Under the pieces are notes generated by a model, which ran no database searches, was not told where the DNA came from, and worked only from the letters and a program-made list of their open reading frames with translations. Position numbers and translations under genes: made by a program. From the NCBI GenBank assembly GCA_015680685.1, contig MNCI01002119.1, positions 462,923 through 526,922 on the forward strand: a stretch of DNA of 64,000 nt, in the 5' to 3' direction. The stretch is from Gnetum montanum (Eukaryota > Plantae > Gnetophyta). Positions 1 to 12,141 of the stretch are shown here, in pieces (position 1 is the first letter of the stretch; each line of letters starts with the position of its first letter).

Positions 1-2956
1 GTTATCATCCTTACAACACATTGTACCTCGCGCGCCATGTGGCGATGTACTTTCAGAACCCATAGGGGACTGTCTACTGTATTGGTGGGTGCGTTTCATA
101 TCTTTACTTTGCTTGGTTGTGCAACATCGACCATGCTTGGCTGAGTGTTAATAGCATGTGCTTGTCACCAGGTTCTATCTTGATCACGGCGAGATTCATG
201 ATCAGCCGGGTGAGTTGACCACAACACAACTAGCCCTACAAGAATTTGCCTCGACCAAGAGCCTACGGGTGGGCATGATTGCTCATTGCAGGGAAGGATA
301 CCATTCCTACCTACACACACTCACCTCTCTCTACAGTATTTTTAGGATGAAGGGTTGGTTGGACAAGGAGTGGAGATAACCTTTTAAGCAGGTTACGCTC
401 GAAGCAGTCTTAACGGCTGAACTCCCACTATTCCCTTCACCATATAGACCTGGTGGGTTAACAAGCAGGCATCGCAGGCTCAATTTTTTTTCATAGTTTC
501 TTCTCTCTTTTATGCTAAGCATGTTTCATGATCCTTGCTGTAGAAGAAAAGAAGCCTCGTGAAGTGACGGTGGTGAGTGAAAAAAGACAAGGGGAAAACA
601 TCTACTTCAAATATGGTGAAGTATCAACAAGCCAGAGCTGGCTAGAACAAGGGGCTCTGGGCCCTTTGCTCAGAAGAATCTGGATGGCTGGGCTTATGAA
701 TTTTTTTATGATGCCGAATCTAGGCGTCCCTACTGCCGAGATGCTTTCCTTCATCAATTCATTTTCTAGGCAAGCGAGCCACTTTTGCACGTATGTGTGG
801 GGTGTGCGGGTGGTCATGGACATCAATGATAGCTATTTGCAGATTTTTTTGGCGTCCCTACTGATGGCGCCGATGTGATGTCAAAGGGCAAGCAACAATT
901 GACCCTCGAGAAGCAGCATATCGAGGAGTGGCTAAGGCTCACCAAGAAGCGAAAAGGGTTCCATATGGACAAGCTTAAGGATGGTCCTGTCATGAGGATA
1001 TACCTGATCTTTTGTGCCCGTGCATTCCCTCAACTGCTCACCCAAGGAAATGTCTTGGGGCTTGAGTAGGCTTGGGTAATGCGGGAAGTCGTGGAGGAAT
1101 GGGCCTGTTATAACTGGGCCGAGTTCCTATGTAGTGGTTTGTAGGGCGAGATTTTGGGGCTCCGTGAGCAAATGGAATCCCACTCTTACATACACTACGC
1201 TTTCTACATAGGCTATTTAAAGCGCTTTGCAAAGTTCCTGGTGGTCCAGGAGGATGGAGTCTAGTTCGAGCTAGATCGTGACCAGATTCTTAAGCCATGG
1301 ATTCGATAGGTCCTTCAGACCATGCAAGCCAAGGCTCCCCCGAAGATGGTCGAGGATTCGTTTTCTGTGACGACTAAAGATCTGGTAGTTCATAGCGCTT
1401 GCGGCCAGGACAGCGTAGGGGAGACCCCCCCTACCATACTTAGCCATGTGACACAGGGTGAACATCTTATGGCTGAGATCATACCCATGGAGTTGCGGAG
1501 AAAGAGACCTCCCCCAACTAGGGAAAGCCCTCATGAATAGGAATGAAGACTACGGTGAACGTAATCCCCCATTAGTGAGCGTTTAGGGAGCCTTCTATTC
1601 AATGCTTAGTTAGATAGTGCTTTGTAGCATGGTATTAGTTTTGAGTTAACCTATCTTGATTTGTTGTGTGTATACCCTTTTGCAGGCAGCAGAAGAAGAA
1701 GAAGAAGAAGAAGGTGACGAGGAAGTGTCGACCCTTAGAATGGGGGTGACAAATAAAGACGTGGAGGCCCTGACTTTGGAAGAAAGGGCCCTGGCTAGTA
1801 ATAATGGAGCTCTTGTCTCAAAGGCAAGGGCTCTTGCTATTAGGGAGCCTCTTCCTACCGACAAAGAGGTGCCTCCCCGAAATAAAAAAGACGCTACTCT
1901 CCTGAAAGGAAAAGCACCAGCACATGAGGTAGGAGTTTTTATGGACTTGGCTGGGCCTTCTACCAAACCTACCATGATCTTCTTGCACCAGCAAGAAACA
2001 AGACAACAGTCGGATGATGGTGAGTTTAGGCTTTGGATGTGCCCTACCGTAGTCCATTCCAGCCATTGCTGACATGCTTAATCATGTAACAAGTACTAAT
2101 GTTGATGTCTCAGGACCTCCTCCACCCCAAACGAGGTCATGAGTTGAAGTTCTTGACAAGTTTACGTTTTTTCATGGGCTTCTTGATGACATGGTCAAAT
2201 GCCTTCAGCAGGAGGATCCTTGTGCAGGTAAGTAGGAGTGTTGACAGCCCCTATGCTGCTACACTGAAACTCTTGAACATATTGATTTATGTCATGTTAA
2301 CGTGATTGTTACACTTTCTACGTTGAATAGCCTCTCGGCTTAACTGGGACCTGGCTCGACCTATGGAGATTGGCACAGTGCCCACACTCTCATCTGACGT
2401 GACTGAAGTGTCTTGTCGTATATTTGACAAGAATTAAAAATGTGTCTTGCACTCGACACGCTCTCTATGGGAATGTAGATGTACCAATGAGGACCTGTGG
2501 AAATGAGTCCATAGGGGCGAGCAAAGAGAGGCAAAACTGGTCACCGAGGTAGAGAACCTTAGGTCAAGGATCAATTTCCTCATAAACTGTAATCCTAACC
2601 CTGTTGATTTGCTGAACCAAGTGACAGGCGTTGGATGTATATTTTGATGGAGGAGATTGAGAGTTTTCTCAGGCTTGGTCTAGCCTAGATACCTCTTGTG
2701 ACCAACGTAGGATCCCCTTAGGTTAGTTACTTTAATGCTTTACTACAGCTTTCATTTATCGCATTTGTTGTCCCTACTAACTACTTTATTTTTTTGGGAT
2801 ACAGGCTCTCAACAAAGGTGTGAGGCCCGTGGAGGGAAGCAATGAGGTGTCGACATGGTGCAATATAGGAGCAGGCGATGCAAAAGTGAATGAAGTAGGG
2901 ACAAACGATGAAGGCGATGGGAATGGAGATAACTCATGAGATCATGGGGCTTGACT
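1..2956 (+). pseudogene. Antisense accessory gene of element A (end of exon 2 to last exon), degenerate
   Basis: Starts with ...YHPYNTLYLARHVAMYFQNP*GTVY, then exons homologous to copies B, C and D (KGWLDKEW; FKYGEV...; IFCARAFPQLL...YNWAE). GT-AG introns are present and there are several stops. Confidence 0.8.
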
Positions 2957-3107
2957 CCCGCTCTTTTTTTTTATTTTTTTATTTTTTTTGAGAGAATTTA
3001 CAGACACTACCAATAGGCGAAAAATTTTAAATGGAATGTAAGACTTCAAAAAGGAAACCAATTTTGTATTATCATGTGTGTTATGTAAATTTTTCACGCT
3101 CTCGTAT

Positions 3108-3216
3108 GCTAGTTTTGGACCATTTCAGGCCGTTTGTTAGTTTTAGGCCATTTCGGGCCGTTGCGTAATGAGTAAAGTGAAAGGTGATAATGCTTGTTTT
3201 AGGCCATTTTGGGCCG
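3108..3216. repeat. Hairpin-motif array (TAGTTTTAGGCC-N6-GGCC), 3 copies, between the antisense gene and protease of A
   Basis: Direct reading, e.g. tagttttaggccatttcgggcc. Confidence 0.8.
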
Positions 3217-3362
3217 TCGGTGTAGCATGCTGAAAGGATGACACACTGAAGAGCTAAGTAGAAAGTGAATATGTGAGGATGGCAATTGGGTGGGAGGTTG
3301 CAAGGCTTCTATGCTATGTGTAGCTACCTCTTGATCTTTTGTGGGTTGATCGGGACGTAAGG

Positions 3363-6300
3363 TCAAGGAGTTTCGCCAGGGCCTTCACTCATGTCACTAT
3401 CCTTTGCTTGAAAGGGCAACTCCATCCATGTTTTTTCGATTTGAAGGTCGCCTCGTTGGGCCAATCCCTTCGTTGTATTATTAGTGTGTGTGTGAACAGG
3501 CACTTCATCTTCAGAGGTTGTAACCTCTGAACCTTGCTCTATGTTTACATTGCTAATTGCTTGCATTACCACCCGATCACCATGGATTATCACCTCCCTA
3601 CCCACGTATGGTAAGTGGATTTCTTGGTGTATAGGCGAGGAGACAGCCCTGAGTTATGCTAACCATGATCTTTCCAAGATTAGGTTAAACCCGGGCATTT
3701 CTTCGACTACGATGAACGTTGCGTCTGTGAGGAGCTCGTCCCCTGCTACGAAGTTTACATGAACTGTGCCCTTCACCAAGACACATGCCCCGTTGAAGGG
3801 CCATAGACACGATGTCATTGTTGGTTTGATTTGGTCGACCAACCCTAGCTTATCTATAATAGGAAAGGAGATGACATTTGTTCCTGCCCCATCATCGACA
3901 TGCACCCTTCGGATTCGGTATTGGCCGACCCGAATTGTGATGAAGAGAGGCACCATAGTCACTTGACCCTCTTCGGGAACTTTCTTAATGGTGTCACTGC
4001 TAAAAGTTAATTGAGGTATTGCAGACTCCGTGGGTACAGAGGGGAGTATGACCGAGTGGATCACTTTCTCGTCTGCCAGCATGTTTTCGTCAACCAGAAT
4101 TACCATTACCATGCAGACTAGAGCCTCATGGTGAGGGGTAGATGTCATGACTAGGTCGTATAGGATCAATGTGGTGTTTTTCTGCCTTAGGACTTGCCTG
4201 ACCTAGATGAGGGCATCTAAGAGTTCTTGGTTGCCCATCTGTTTGACACGCTCCTCCTCGATTTTTCCTAGAAGACGAATCTCCCAAGGGGAGACGACCT
4301 AGACCTAGGTTCAGATTTTTGGTGGCAAGATGCCATAGGCTGTGTAATCGCGTAAACCTTTGTCTTTGGTGACAAAGGTGTAAACTTAAAGGAAAAATGC
4401 ATAGTTTTGGAAATACTTTTGACGGTATTCTCCTCGATGCCTCACCCACCAAGTAGGTTACTTGCGTTGTAGGATGAGGAGGTTGTTTAACGTTGTTGCA
4501 CGGGATGGGGGCTATCGAAGATGTTGGCCCCCTGCTGATGAATGGAGGTAGAGGTGTTAGTTGACGAGGTCATGTGGTCCTGCCAACAAGTGGTGCAGAG
4601 GTAGATGCCCGTGGTGGGACTTTCAGGATGAAGGATGACTGCATGCTTGGACCAGCCATTGGTGGCATTGGTGCACTACGCTAAGGCACACGAATCACAA
4701 ACGGTTGGAAGGATGGTGTGGGATCATTTTCAATACCAATGGCATTGATTACGTAACCAGCATTATTGGAGTTGAGGGGATCTGTGTAGACATGCATGAA
4801 TTGGTTTTTAGGACGTACTGGGCTACTTTCATCTAGCACCAACTATCCCAGGTCAATCAATCTTTGGATGTCATCTTGCAACGACAGACAATAATCTATA
4901 GTGTGACCACATAACTAATGGTAGTTGCAGAACCTATCAAGCCTAAAACCCCTAGGAACTGGAGGCTCATTGGACAAGGCTAAAGAGGGATTTCTAAGGA
5001 GCTCACAGTAGTGTTAATGCCTCATGTTTGATTCTTCTGACATCTACTTGTGTTGGATGTATCCTGCTGCCAACAGTTGCTTCAGGAGTTCTGAAGGTTT
5101 GAGGGGCAGTGGGGTGTATTTTGAACGATCTTTGCAATCAAAGTTGGGTTTAGTATATGCAGATGTCTCGGGCCAAGTGTGGCAGGTTGTAATGCTTGGC
5201 CCAGTTTGGGCGCTGAGTCGGCCGCAGGTGTGGGTAGTTTCTTGTTATTCTTGTTTTCGCTGTAGTTATGTTTGGGCTTAGCCTCAGCTACCATAGTAGC
5301 CACCATGGTTGTTGGGGCCTTACCCTTATCCTTTTTTGCAAAACAGTTCTTGTAAGTGATGTAAGCCAGGTCTTTTCTTACCTCAGCCACGTCTTGTATG
5401 CTTTTCGTCTGAGCGAAAGCTTGGCTAAGTGAGCATGGAGCGAGGTAATATAGTTTTGACTTGATGAAGTCATTCCCCACACCCTTAAAGATGGCTAACA
5501 AGTAAGCCTCTCCAATAGGTTCACAGATTTTGTTAAGGGTTGCGCTCCAACATTAAATGAATTTTTGGACTGGTTCTAGTAGGTCTTACTTTATGCTCAT
5601 CAGCTGATCTAGCATGGTTTCTGGCTTCAAGTTATATTTGAAGCATGTCACAAATTGGGTCAAGAGTTCTTCCAAAGTTAAAATGTATGAATGTGGCAAC
5701 GTGCGATACCAATCTAGGGCTTTTTCCAGCTAGGGACATGGCGAAGATGCGAATGATCGTATGTGGTCATTGTTGCAGCAACAAAGACTCTAACCGGAAA
5801 GTGACAAGATGTGTATTGGGAACTCCTTCTCTATCATACTTCATGAAGTGCAAGAGGGACATCCCGGGTGGTAATATCAAAGCAGGGATTGCAGGGTTGA
5901 TGGGATCATCTTGATAAAAGTCCATGACTTGTACTGTATCAGACCCAACAGCTTTGAGGTGTTTTACTTCCTCGATTAGGGTCCAAATGAGCTAAAACTC
6001 TTGGTCCAGACCCGGCAACGTTGTAGACGGCTAAGGGACTGTGGAGGAAACTCCCACATGTGGCATGGTAGCTGTGGCAATTTGACCCATGGGCTATGCC
6101 GTTGGGGCCACCCCTACTAAAGGTGTTGTTTGCGTTGTCCACCATCTGGTGGGTGGTATTATTAGAGTAGTAATAGCAAGTTGCATTGCCAGATAGGCCG
6201 CTTGGGTCACCAGTAGGATAGCCCATAACCCTGTGCTAGGATGAACCATTTGTGGGGTTGAGTAGGCCTGAGGGAGAATGTAGTGAGATGTCTGTGATGG

Positions 6301-7118
6301 CTGTAAAAGAGAGGAAGAAGCGAATGGAGTCCACCATGTGGATGGGCCTGGGCCCATCATAGTGGGTGGAACAGATGCATATGTAGGAATTGTTATAGGA
6401 GTTATGTGTGGTTGCAAAGTAGATACAGTATGGACATGCAGTAGGGTAGCCATGATAGGCATGTTGCGTATTGTGGTAGTGTGCTGATAAATAGTTTGTG
6501 GTGGCACAATTGCTACGGGTGCAACCAGGGGATAGGGGTGATGAGGCACTGGGAATGTGGTATGGCTACCCACTGTAGTTGCAGTTGTAGGCTGCTGAAG
6601 TGTAGGCATGATGATGAAGGGGATGGCGACAAGCAGCAGGTTGGCCCAGAAGGACTAGGTAGGCAGGACAGGAACGGGGTTGGCTGGGCCTCCCTCGTCA
6701 GATTGGGAATCGAGCTCCTCTTACCCATCTTGAAAGGTGTCATCCTAGTTGGACGCTGTGTCTTGTTGCTCCCTAAGCCTTGTCAACTGGATTAGTTGAT
6801 TTATCAGCCTTTGATACACTTGTGTTAAAGACAGAGGAATGCCCTGGTTAGAAACGAATTCCTCCCCGTTGTAGTAAGCGAACTCGAAGCTATGTTTTTC
6901 TTCAAGTTCATGTAAATCCAAGGTCTAACCTTTGCACAAACGAAACTATAATGCTCATGTTGCTGGGTTAGTCCCTCAGGTCCTCAGTTTTGGATTCTAA
7001 GAGATCAACATGCTTCTGGCATTGTATTCAACCATTGTTTGGCACGAGTAGTGCCTTGGACCGCGAAGGGCACCTCCATGTTGGAGGCACCAACGGTGGT
7101 GGTGGCAGAAGCCATCAT
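3363..7118 (-). pseudogene. gag: gag-protease of element A (retrotransposon gag, C-x2-H zinc-knuckle-like motif, aspartic protease), frameshifted with stops
   Basis: ORFs 5082-5501 (FIKSKLYYLAP) and 3654-4169 (VHVDDGAGTN...FNLILERSWL); collinear with the other copies. Confidence 0.85.
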
Positions 7119-7199
7119 CAAGTAAGTGATTATGCAAAAAAAAAGTGCTAGAAAATGTAGAAGAATAGAAGGATTTAAAAATGACAACAGGTGGCTTTA

Positions 7200-7880
7200 C
7201 ATCTTGCAGGATCCTGGAGGGACCGTCGAGACCAACCTGCACCACACAAGGCGCAAACAACCTAAAAGGTGTCACATTTTTGCTTATGATGGCTAGGGTG
7301 CAAGACGCATGCAGGCCTACTGTAAATAGAAGAGGTAAGTTAAATCGCCGTCGAGAGGCTTACTGTCTCATAGGATTTCGGAGGAACTATCAAGGCCACC
7401 GATCTACACCGCATGAAGCATAAACAACCACAAAGGGTGTCAAGTCTACGCTAATGCAAGTTGGGGTGTGGAAGGCATACGAGACTACTGTAAGACGAGC
7501 AAATTAACTAGCGACCAGGTAAGTTTTGTGTCTCGTAGGATCTCGGAGGGACCATCGAGGTGACCGGTCTGTAGGACATGGAATGGGATATAGAACGCAG
7601 GCAAGATAACTATAGGATGGGCAAGCTAGCTAGCAATCAAGCAGGCTTTATGTCTCGCAGGGTCCCGAAGGGACCGTCCAGGCGACCGGTCTACACCACA
7701 CAAGATGGGGTGCAACACGCATGCAAGATGATCATAGAATGAGCTAGTTAACTAGCGATTGAAGGCCTTGTGTTCTATAGGGCTCCAAGGGAACTGTCAG
7801 GGTGATCGATCTGCATCGCATAGAGCGCAAACAACTGCAAGAGGATGTCACATCTAAGCTCATGTGTATCAGGGTGTAGA
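7200..7880. repeat. About 5 degenerate 120-165 bp tandem units in the 5' leader of A
   Basis: Units start near 7203, 7365, 7530, 7653 and 7772 (tc-cgcagg...gggaccgtc...accggtct-cacc); B has a single copy near 20782. Confidence 0.7.
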
Positions 7881-7924
7881 AGGCTCATAGAACTACCATG
7901 ATATGTAACAAAGGCACCAAAAGG

Positions 7925-7941
7925 CCCTCCTTCTAGCACCA
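7925..7941 (-). other. Primer-binding site of A (tRNA-Asn-like)
   Basis: Minus strand TGGTGCTAGAAGGAGGG, 6 nt from the LTR end; complementary to the plant tRNA-Asn 3' end as recalled (CCCUCCUUCUAGCGCCA). Confidence 0.8.
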
Positions 7942-7947
7942 GAAAAC

Positions 7948-9666
7948 TATAGCGACTGAAAACATTGGCGGCTGGAAGAACGTCAAGGTCAAAGGATGCA
8001 ACAGTTCCAACCCCATGCCTTTGGGAGGACAGTGTTGGGTGTGTGCGAACACGGGGTGCCCTGAACGATCTGGTTGATCAGACAAGGACTTACATTGGCA
8101 TCAATATAGCCTTTTGCAATATAAATCATACAAATTTTAAGATAGTGTTTACGGGTAGATACAGCAAAAAAGGGAAACTATAAAAATGCAACAGTAATGC
8201 AGAGTATTGAACAAAGTAGAGATGCGATGGTAATATGAAGTGATGTTGAACAAGAGAAACGTAAATGTGGTAGTAATACGAGATGATGCTTAAAGGTAAA
8301 TAAGACAAAAAATAATGCAAGAAAGCTAGAAAGTAAATGAGAGTAAAGTAAAATATGGTTAGAAACATGCATCGCTTCAGAGTTACAAATTTTCCCGGTC
8401 AGGGTGGATACAATCGACTGCACAGCGTGACGGAGTGCAGAAGTTCCAAGGGTAACCGAAGCATTCCAAGAAGCAAAAAGAGCTATGTGCTTGGGCATGG
8501 ACTTCACGTACAAACAACATGGGATTCCATCAAGGTGGTAGAACGAAGACCGGGACCTTACGCCAGCCGGGAGAGGTTCTAGATTGCTGGCCTTTTCTTT
8601 TCTTTTTGCCAAATCGCAGGTATCTTTTTCTTTTTTTTTAGCCAACAATTTTTTTGGACCTTTTGTATGTTGTTTTCCATGATATTTATAAGGCTGAAGG
8701 TAAGCAAAAGAGGTTGTTTGAATGCTACGTGCCACAGACTTGTGCTACCTCATTGGCATTACTCAAGCCATCTCTGACCGTTGGGCTTATAAGACCGTTG
8801 TGATGCGAGCCTATCATGCAATAACTGTGATCCTACTACGTCACAACTATGGCATCATCTCCTAGAGACATGTGCCAACGGTTCGATTGGGTGGAGTGCA
8901 TTGATGTCGCACGACCACCTGCATGTTGCGTTGTGCTTTGTGACGTGATTTTCTTGGCATGGCGTAGCATCTTGCCGCGCATCTTGCCATATGTCACGTA
9001 CTTGCTATGCGATGCTACGCTACGTAGCGTAGCATAGCCTAGCAACTGGCCTCAATTATGACATTTTTGCTAATTTTCAACCCATTCTCCTATGATGCAA
9101 GTTTTGTGAACTTTGTTGATTTCGCATTTCGAACTACCTTCTGTCCCTTTCGTAGGATTGTTATGCCTTGCTGCGCCATGTAGCTCAGCATAGCGTAGCA
9201 GCAAACATGGTCCACCGCTTCCTAGTGAAAAGAGACATTACTGCAGAACTCAAAGTTGGGCAAGGGGAGCGGGTAGTGAAGTCATTGCTATGCTACGCTG
9301 TGTAACATTGCATAGCGTAACATTTCATTCCGCCATTGTTTTCTAAAGCTTGCTACGCTACATATCATAGCATAGCGTAGCAAGCTTCGTGACTTAGAAA
9401 ACTTGCCAAACTACTTTTTTGTGCATCTAGGATATAGCCGCCGATTCTGCACACCATTTCTGAGCATGTTGTCAGCTGTTTAGGCTACTTTGATGGGTGG
9501 GCAGGATGGTACAGGCCGTGTCCATGCCCAAAGTAGAAAATTCACTGAACTGGCTGTCCTGGACTCAGAATTTTCTTCTTCCGATGAACTGCCACAGTGC
9601 TATGCAGACCACAAGAGCCTGATGAGGCCAGGATGACCCTGCATTTTTATTTTTCTAGGTGTTTCA
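7948..9666 (-). repeat. 5' LTR of element A (~1.72 kb)
   Basis: Starts TGAAACACC on the minus strand, as all LTRs here do; ends with a decayed TG/CA terminus next to the PBS; TATA-like CCTTATAAATA near 8683-8692. Confidence 0.8.
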
Positions 9667-11446
9667 TGGGGGTTCACCATGCTGTAGGTAGTCTTTCACA
9701 TTAGCGTACCACTCTTGGGCGTTAGTAGCGCTTACGAAGGCCACGTGTACTTCTTGGATGATAGGGTCTATGCACTCTATTATCAAAGCAGGTAAGGTTG
9801 CAAATAGGTGTGGTGGCACATTTAACGCTAGCATAGCTAAGACATCAGCTACGCTTTTTTTTCCACGTGACACATGTTGGATGTCTGTTGTAGTGAACTA
9901 CTTTAACAATTTTTTGGCCAAATCATAGTAAGGCTATAGATGCGAGGCTTTACAGGCATAGACCTTAGTGATTTGATTGACAAAAAGTTCATAGTTTCCT
10001 CGAACTACCAGATGTCGAATCTTTAATTTCTGGGAAGCTAAGAGGCCCCTAAGGAGTCCTTCATACTCAGCCACATTGTTCATACAAAGGAATGTGAAGC
10101 ATAAGCAAAAGGTTGCATGTCCCCTGAGGGGAATGTAATGACAATGGTAGCACTACCACCTCGCATGGTTGACGTGCTGTCAAAATGTAAAGTGGCCTCA
10201 AAATGCAATGGTACAAAATTGACACTGCTAACATGTTCATCAGGGAATTTAGGTTCTATGGTCGCCTAATCGTCAACGAGTGAGGTTGCAAGTTGCGTAG
10301 CTATCTCTTGTCCTTTCATTGATGATTGGGCTATATAGTGTAAATCGAATTCTGCTGTTATTGCTTTCCATCAGGCTATCCTTCTACTTTCATATAGGTT
10401 GTTCGTGATAGCCTGAAGTATGTTGCTTTTGAATATGATGTTTACTTGGCTACAGAATAGGTAGTGTCTCCACTTCTTTAGTGTGAACACTAGAGAGAGA
10501 AAATTCCTTTCGAATTTGTTGTATTTCACTTCATATGCTATTAATGCATGGCCAAAGTAATAGACTGGGATCTTAGAGCCATCTTCTCTTTTTTGGCATA
10601 ATAGCACTGCGATAGATGTGTCCAAGGTGGCAAGCTAGATATAGAAAGGCTTATCCCTCTGTGGTGGGTAAACCATTCGGAGATGTAAAAGCTCTTTCTT
10701 TAATTCATCGAAGGCTTGTTGTCATTTTGTTGTCCATTCAAAGTTAACCCCCTTCTTTAGTAAGTGTTGCATGGGGTGTAACTTGTCAGTCAACCTTACT
10801 ATAAACCTTTTGATGAACTATATTCTACCTTGCCACCTGCACAATTCTTTAAGGTTAGTAGGGGGTGCTAGGTTAACGTTGGCCTTAACTTTGTCAAGGT
10901 CCACTCGTATTCCAGCTTCCAACACTACAAACCCTAGCATGCATTTGGTTCTAATGCAAAAAATAGATTTCTTTGGGTTTAGATGCAAATCATGCCTGTG
11001 ATAACGTTTGAGAACTACCTTTAGATCCATGGGATGATCGATAGCCATCTTAGACTTGACCACTATGTCATCCACGTAATTGTTGAGTCTCCATAGGAGG
11101 TAGTCGCTAAAGATGTAGGTCATGACTCGTTGATAGGTTACTCCAGCATTCTTTAAACCAAAGGGCATCATAGTGTAACAAAAAGTTTCCTAAGGGGTCA
11201 TGAAAGTAAATCTCCTCTAGATGTTGTTACCAGTGCTTAGATGAGAGGATCCTCAATCACATCCCCAACCTCTAAGTCTAAGGCTTGGACGAAGTGTTCG
11301 GGCCAATCTAGAGACGTTTCCAAGGTTGCTACAGTGTTATCAGTAGAGGAATCCCAGTCTATCAAATTTAAGTTCAGATATCTCACAAGCTTGCCATGAG
11401 GACCTGTCAATGTTAGAAGTGAGTGTAGATCATGCTACATGGCCAT
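9667..11446 (-). pseudogene. pol: pol of B (pre-RT extension, RT with internal deletion near 11211, RNase H, archaeal-type RNase H)
   Basis: MPFGLKNAGVTYQR...NNYVDDIVVK (10818-11171), RH at 10371-10625, aRH HFDSTS...NNVAEYEGL. The N-terminal half of RT is missing relative to C. Confidence 0.9.
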
Positions 11447-11582
11447 CTTATTCAACCTGCCACAATAAGAGAAGCATGGTCAAGTGAGACCTGTTTGTAG
11501 CCATAGTGCATAATAATGAATATTTGCAAAGCAATAATGAAACATGCAATGATCGTCAAATATCCAGCCGAGTTTGCATGTT

Positions 11583-11860
11583 ACTAATTTAAGGTCTTGG
11601 CGGATCGTTAGCAAGTGGAGTTCAGAAGCTAAGACTAGTAGTTTAAGGTCTTTGCGGACCGTTAACAAGTGGGCTTCATAAAATGATACTAGTTTAAGGT
11701 CCTTGTGGACTGCTGATGTGTAGATTTTATGAAATGTTACTAGTTTAAGGTCTTTACGGACCGCTATATGTGAAATTTGTAAAGTGTCATTAGTTGAAGG
11801 TCTTTGTGAACCATTAATAGGTAGCGCAAGCTTTGTAAAGGTAAGTTGCTAATTTAAGGT
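11583..11860. repeat. Hairpin-motif array upstream of pol in B (TAGTTTAAGGTC-N6-GACC), 5-6 copies at ~50 bp spacing
   Basis: e.g. tagtttaaggtctttgcggacc and tagtttaaggtctttacggacc. Confidence 0.8.
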
Positions 11861-12001
11861 GGGACAAAACTTTCGGTTGGGCCCCACCTGCAAACAATGA
11901 TGCCACGTTAGAGCAAAATTATGACATGAAAGAGTTACGATATATGGGCATTCCACATTACTCGAGGTACAAAAATGGCAAGTTCTTTTCACTGTGTTGG
12001 C

Positions 12002-12009
12002 TATAAATA
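12002..12009 (+). promoter_or_regulatory. TATA box of the antisense gene in B
   Basis: TATAAATAGGGG about 135 bp upstream of ATG 12142; equivalent TATA boxes occur in C and D. Confidence 0.6.
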
Positions 12010-12141
12010 GGGGTTTACCCCTAGTAAACTTGTTGTTTTTATTGTCAAAGTGCAAAGCCCACATCTAGAGCATAGCGCAATCGTGCTGAGAGAAAGAAAA
12101 ATGGTGTAGCGTAGCAACTAACAACATCCACAAGTAAAGCA

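Larger units (their letters stand above)
1..9666 (-). mobile_element. Element A: Tat/Ogre-like Ty3/gypsy LTR retrotransposon, 5' part (5' LTR, gag-pro, antisense gene), inserted in pol of element B; continues left of the window
   Basis: 5' LTR 7948-9666, PBS 7925-7941 and gag/protease remnants. The right flank (9667 onward) is element B pol, reading ...YLQHGEPP on the minus strand. Confidence 0.9.

Noticed and set aside
9619-9645. CTGATGAG hammerhead-ribozyme-like core in LTR A
   Set aside because: No GAAA after a stem II, and it is not conserved in the other LTRs.
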